Assembly: GCA_964035545.1 (NCBI GenBank)
Contig: OZ037771.1
Coordinates: 7,411,190 to 7,475,189, forward strand
DNA: 64,000 bases
Source: Bugula neritina
Lineage: Eukaryota; Animalia; Bryozoa
Reading direction: 5' to 3'
A model generated the notes under the pieces. The model was not told where the DNA came from and did no database searches. It saw only the letters and a program-made list of their open reading frames with translations. Both the position numbers and the translations under genes were made by a program. Positions 60,801-64,000 of this stretch are shown in pieces. The stretch's first letter is position 1; every line of letters begins with the position of its first letter.

Positions 60801-63601
60801 CACTGCCCTAAACAGGTTTTCTACTTTCACTGCATTTCTGCCCTAGACATGACATGTAGCAATCTACATAGAGTTCAACTGGTTATTCTCAAACATTGAG
60901 TTTATATCTTCTTTAAATAAACATTTCAAGGGAAATATTTCACTAAATCATGACTAGGTAGACCAAATGAAATGTGGAGTATGCCAGGAAAACACATAAG
61001 GTAGTCACTAAGTCCCCATATTTCCACATTCAAATGGATTTTTCATTTGATGCATAGTGACAGTGTAAATTGAATGAAACCACAACCAAATTTGATGCAA
61101 CCACAAATTGTAGGATCCATGCATGGAACCGTAGTGATTTACCAAGTCTAATGCTATCTACAGCACACTAACACTATGATTAGAACAACACAGCCATGTA
61201 GAGCACGGATTTTAAAACAACCTTAATAGAAATAAGGTTATTAGAAAAAAAGTATAGAATGTTGGTTAACATAAGTTCTCTAGTGTTTGTGTCATCTTAA
61301 TAAAATGTTTTTCTGATACTCCAATGACCTTGGTAGAGTTGAAATTATTATTTATATATTCTGATTGTTGCACGTGTCTATGCCATGAGTAATTACATAG
61401 ACACGTGTGAACATGATAAAATATATTAAAGTGTATTGCAGTATATTACAGGTTATTTTATTGTATTACCGTGTCTTAATGTTTCTTACAGAATGCTACA
61501 GGATTTTACTTTGTCTGACATTGTATTAAACATTAAACTATATTACAGTATGTCACAGTGTATTACAGTATCAGTGAACCAAACCTGTGAATTGCTAGCG
61601 AGGCACTACATTGTATTGTAATATAATAATCATATTTATTAAACCAAAAAGTGCGCTCCTTACTCATATTCAACTAGATCCGATAGTGTTCAGCGAAGAT
61701 TAGTGTAGATGATGCTATATTGACAAAACAATATTCAAATGATTTACAGGCCCAGATGTTTTCAAATTTTGAAATATATAAAGTATTTGACATGGCAAGT
61801 TTTAAACCCTGAAAAAAATTAACGTAAAATATCTCCAAGATTAAAAAATGACGGAGAAGGTATATTTTGATCAACATTTCTTACACACTTCATCAATAGA
61901 AGTAAAGCACTGTCCAACTTTGTAATATAATATTATATACGAAATTATATGCAATGTTATATTGTGTATTATATGTAATAAAATAATAGAAGTATGTAAT
62001 ATTGTATGTAATTAAGGTTATATATAATAATGGATGATTACTGAGCAACTCAAATTCAAACACAGATTTGGGTCATTTTAATAATTGTTCAGTACACATC
62101 AATAGGTTAAAACTAAAAATTGCAGTTTTCTCTAAATACTTAAAATTTACTATTTGTGATAGGTTTATGTGCTGATTCTAACTATGCATAGCAAAAAATG
62201 CTGAGAGGGGGTTCTGCAACATTAAATTAGGAAAAAACTTAAAGACTCAAGCAGAATGAGAAAGAGTTTTGATTATTTTTGTTAGTATTAGAATTATGAG
62301 TTTGGGGCAAAAAGTTCATATACATAAGCAGCTAAATTGTGAAAACTAAATAAAAACTAGAGATATCGAGTGTGTTGTAAAGTAAGTAAAATGACACATT
62401 TGCAATTATAAAGTAACGCCTGAAATACCAGTTTGTAACATCAAACGTTACTTACAACTGAGTCTGCCTCATAAGTCTTATTTCAAACAAAGGACGGGGG
62501 GGGGGGGGGTGAGAAGCGCTCAATACGCCAGCATGCGTGATAGCTGCTGGTAGACAACCCGGAGTATCGAACGGCTCTCAGAGTACCGGCAACCCGGGAT
62601 TTCAATTATAATTTGGAATAATACGAGCCCCCTGAGAGATACCCTCAATGTTATAATGAGTTGATGAGAATAGTACAGCCGACAGTCACTGATTCACGCC
62701 ACTTATTTAGTAATAAAGTGCGAACTAAGGACGGTAAATTGACATACATGCAGCAATTAAAGATCAAAACTTACGTGAAGGAAACTTGCTGATATTATTC
62801 GCTACTCTAATCAACAGTCTGGCAGCAATGAGATGCTGACCTCTCCTGGCGTGTTGCTAAAACAAATAGAGTAGCTAATTTCATGATTAAGTTCGGCTGC
62901 AGAATGGTTGAGAGGGGTTGTGGTCTTCTAAACCAAAGATGTCTCTTGTATTTCACCTTGAACCAGGTTTTTGAGCTGCTTAGGAGGAAATAAACTGGAA
63001 TGTGCTTAGTCAGGGGCATTACAAAGGATTAATTCCCTGATAGAAAATAAAAAAGTAATAAAATTCCCACATAACAGTTCAAAATACTGCTAAATAGTTT
63101 GGATTAACAGATAGAGTGTGTTGTAACAGTCTGGTGAAATAAAATAAAAACATGCTAGAAATACCATGTAGTGAAATAAATGGAGATTTCTACAAACAAT
63201 CGCTGCAAACGGATCAAAATGAACAGCATATAATTTTACTCATCTAGTCACACAAGTTAATATGTGAAAATTTATAACAAATAGTAAGAGTTGTCTTCTT
63301 ACGTCAAATACAGTTTACCATATGATTTGATATGAAGAAGCTTTGAATGGATACCCAACATAACATGTGTAGGGATTACCTTGACCAGCATGTAGGAGTG
63401 AAGTATCATAAGATTGTTCTGCATGTCTACCGGAACCTTGATCCCTTCCTTGCGAAGTTCCTCGTACATGTTGAACAAGACGTCGTGTGCGTTCCTATAC
63501 TGACCGGCGTTCTGCTCCTCTCTGGCAATTATGATGGCCGTCCGAGCCGCCTCGGGGTACTGCTTCAGCGCCATGTATAGTCGGAACAAATATTTGGCAT
63601 C
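48882..63601 (-). CDS. WDR19: WD repeat-containing protein 19 / IFT144, 3' part (gene continues beyond the window)
   Basis: Exons 63601-63380, 62856-62775, 60116-59966, 54402-54279, 49542-49466, 48993-48882, in phase: [93 protein letters not shown]. Confidence 0.95.
49848..50387 (+). repeat. 5' LTR, 540 bp
   Basis: TG..CA ends with 9-bp inverted termini; TATAAA 50156-50161; AATAAA 50257-50262; no difference from the 3' LTR seen by eye. Confidence 0.95.
50390..50406 (+). promoter_or_regulatory. Primer-binding site, tRNA-Pro-like
   Basis: TGGGGGCTGCTCCGGGA, 2 nt after the LTR; the canonical tRNA-Pro PBS is TGGGGGCTCGTCCGGGAT. Confidence 0.8.
50484..53633 (+). CDS. Gag-protease-integrase polyprotein, 1049 aa, no RT
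   Basis: Charged coiled coil; capsid region [21 protein letters not shown]; two CX2CX4HX4C knuckles ([28 protein letters not shown]); protease MRDTGCG; integrase HHCC ([12 protein letters not shown]), D-D-E (AIDLVG, SDQG, GLVEKFN) and WQGPF. No YxDD RT core. Confidence 0.93.
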   Translation: MALLERVTQMGKDLGLVEDKLVAFVEKNLPIVAAQEEKEKAREEKEKDREEKEKDREERRLEREAEKIRQENEKALMEMKIKADQEAMALKIKADQEAEERRQRHELDMEKLKANTSLEHSRHESTRLEIANKPKPKIPFFDEKVDEMDSYLERFEWVAEGCKWDKGDWPYHLSQYLRGTATEAYIRLSPTDRRDYKKVKEALLERFNLTQEGYRKKLREVEAYEDETPAQLFTRIESYVHKWVELSGGMDIAKLVATEQFISSCPDDLAVHLKQSSYNSSEDMCDAASLFLYARGRKLAKTKKTNTKRMENTPAGSMSAEQGSKSDGACFICRDKSHIARNCPRRAKKYCSHCKMNNHNTSDCRKYGGRSVHAAAAIAITQNKTGVTDLGISSKVEEPAEITVNGKKFVNAAVCKNGPKFKDGGTAIFDAEVNGQRATVMRDTGCGCIVVNAKYVQPQHLTGESVYLNMADASVREAQWALISVRSPFYNGVVKAAVMDKTICDLLIGNVDGARSADQPLENWKDCAVTTRAQAVKEKSGDKPLMIDSNANPLSIGKDEIARLQRDDPTLERFFDAKEVKEKKGCTTRFVVRNKILYREYTDSKSVSVKPVKQLMVPSSLRKEVLQKAHDCIMSGHLGVKKTTDRVLSNFFWPGLNGDVVRFCQSCDICQKTVKKGSVMKVPVQETPLIDTPFKRCAIDLVGPINPPSEKGHRYILTLVDYATRYPEATPLKNIDSATVAEALLDIYSRVGIPEEVISDQGTQFISDYMKEFTRLLDMRQLPTSPYHAMANGLVEKFNGTLKSVLKKLCAKEPRQWHRFINAALFAYREVPQESTGFAPFELLYGRTVRGPMYILRQLWTKEDTADEIKTCYQHVFELRERLDDMMEMALASLKDSQKRYKHYFDKKAKQRDFRPGDKVLILLPTDGNKLLMHWQGPFNIEEKVRLNDYIINIRGKRRTYHANMLKKYFERETPTDSMTAGAVRTLDAAGAGIIDHDKEREESQDDLLDLYSKKQQNDEMGYVFTELQNQGGVNQRKGQCWSRLSKPN
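53524..53646 (+). pseudogene. Out-of-frame C-terminal remnant of the RNase H domain
   Basis: [40 protein letters not shown] matches the gypsy RNase H end (R..RW...LQ.....I..IKG..N..AD.LSR). Confidence 0.85.
53693..54232 (+). repeat. 3' LTR, 540 bp
   Basis: Direct repeat of 49848-50387, preceded by the PPT AGAATGGGGGG. Confidence 0.95.
55640..56040 (+). repeat. Dispersed repeat; diverged second copy at ~62065-62375
   Basis: Shared blocks GGG.CATTTTA..AGTACACATCA, GCTGATTCTA.CTATGCATA.CAAAA..GCTGAGA..CTGCAACATT and GCAAAAA..ATATACA..AGCAGCTAAA.TGT..CTAGAG..TCGAGTGT. Confidence 0.6.
56510..56925 (-). mobile_element. RTE-clade LINE 3' fragment nested in the DNA transposon
   Basis: Minus strand reads [65 protein letters not shown], the post-RT C-terminal pattern of RTE ORFs; contains a stop. 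Boundaries approximate. Confidence 0.7.
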
Positions 63602-64000
63602 CTAAAGACAAACAGGAAGCGAAATCAGAATTATTTTAATGCAATTTTGCAACAGCGTGTATTGATTCAACCACTAACACAGAATAGGCCACCCAAGCAG
63701 ACAACGCAAACTCCTTAAATGGTGTACATGACTTGGTCGTATAAAAGGCCATTTTGAGTGCAGAATCCATGGTATAATATATGCCTTTATTAAAAGTACT
63801 ATTTCAAGGATTGATGTCGGATTAGAATTAGCAAACCGCACAAACATTTTGCCAAGTTCAAACAGGTGCCACAAAGTGCCACAAGGTGTGACATCTCACT
63901 TGTGTATTGCTTGCATAATTATTTTCAATGTGTTAGACTAGAATTTCTTGACCCACAAATAACGATTTGCTAACGGAGCGCAGCTATGCAAACAGTACCG

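Overview
AT-rich, intron-rich animal (invertebrate-like) nuclear DNA; no prokaryotic features. I spliced exons by hand (GT-AG, phase-checked) and recovered eight genes. In order: (+) cyclic-nucleotide-gated channel alpha subunit, 4876-11036; (+) a 78-aa two-exon secreted peptide absent from the ORF track, 12222-13013; (+) TAX1BP3/TIP-1 PDZ protein, 15157-17412; (-) an uncharacterised ~490-aa coiled-coil protein, 17882-23113; (-) a short-lid pancreatic-lipase-family enzyme, 23959-28368; (-) a 4-TM MARVEL protein, 30990-34159; (+) a PAR-bZIP factor, 41865-47475; (-) the 3' part of WDR19/IFT144, 48882->63601. The most striking element sits in a WDR19 intron: a 4.4-kb LTR element (49848-54232) with apparently identical 540-bp LTRs, a 5-bp TSD, a tRNA-Pro PBS and a PPT. 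Its single intact 1049-aa ORF encodes Gag-protease-integrase but no reverse transcriptase; only an out-of-frame RNase H C-terminal stub follows the integrase (Gmr1-type order). Its LTRs carry kappaB-, C/EBP-, FoxO- and heat-shock-like motifs. The adjacent WDR19 intron holds a decayed Academ-like DNA transposon with a nested RTE LINE fragment. A tRNA-derived SINE family, other dispersed repeats and many micro/minisatellites fill introns. Family assignments are by motif recognition, not database search.
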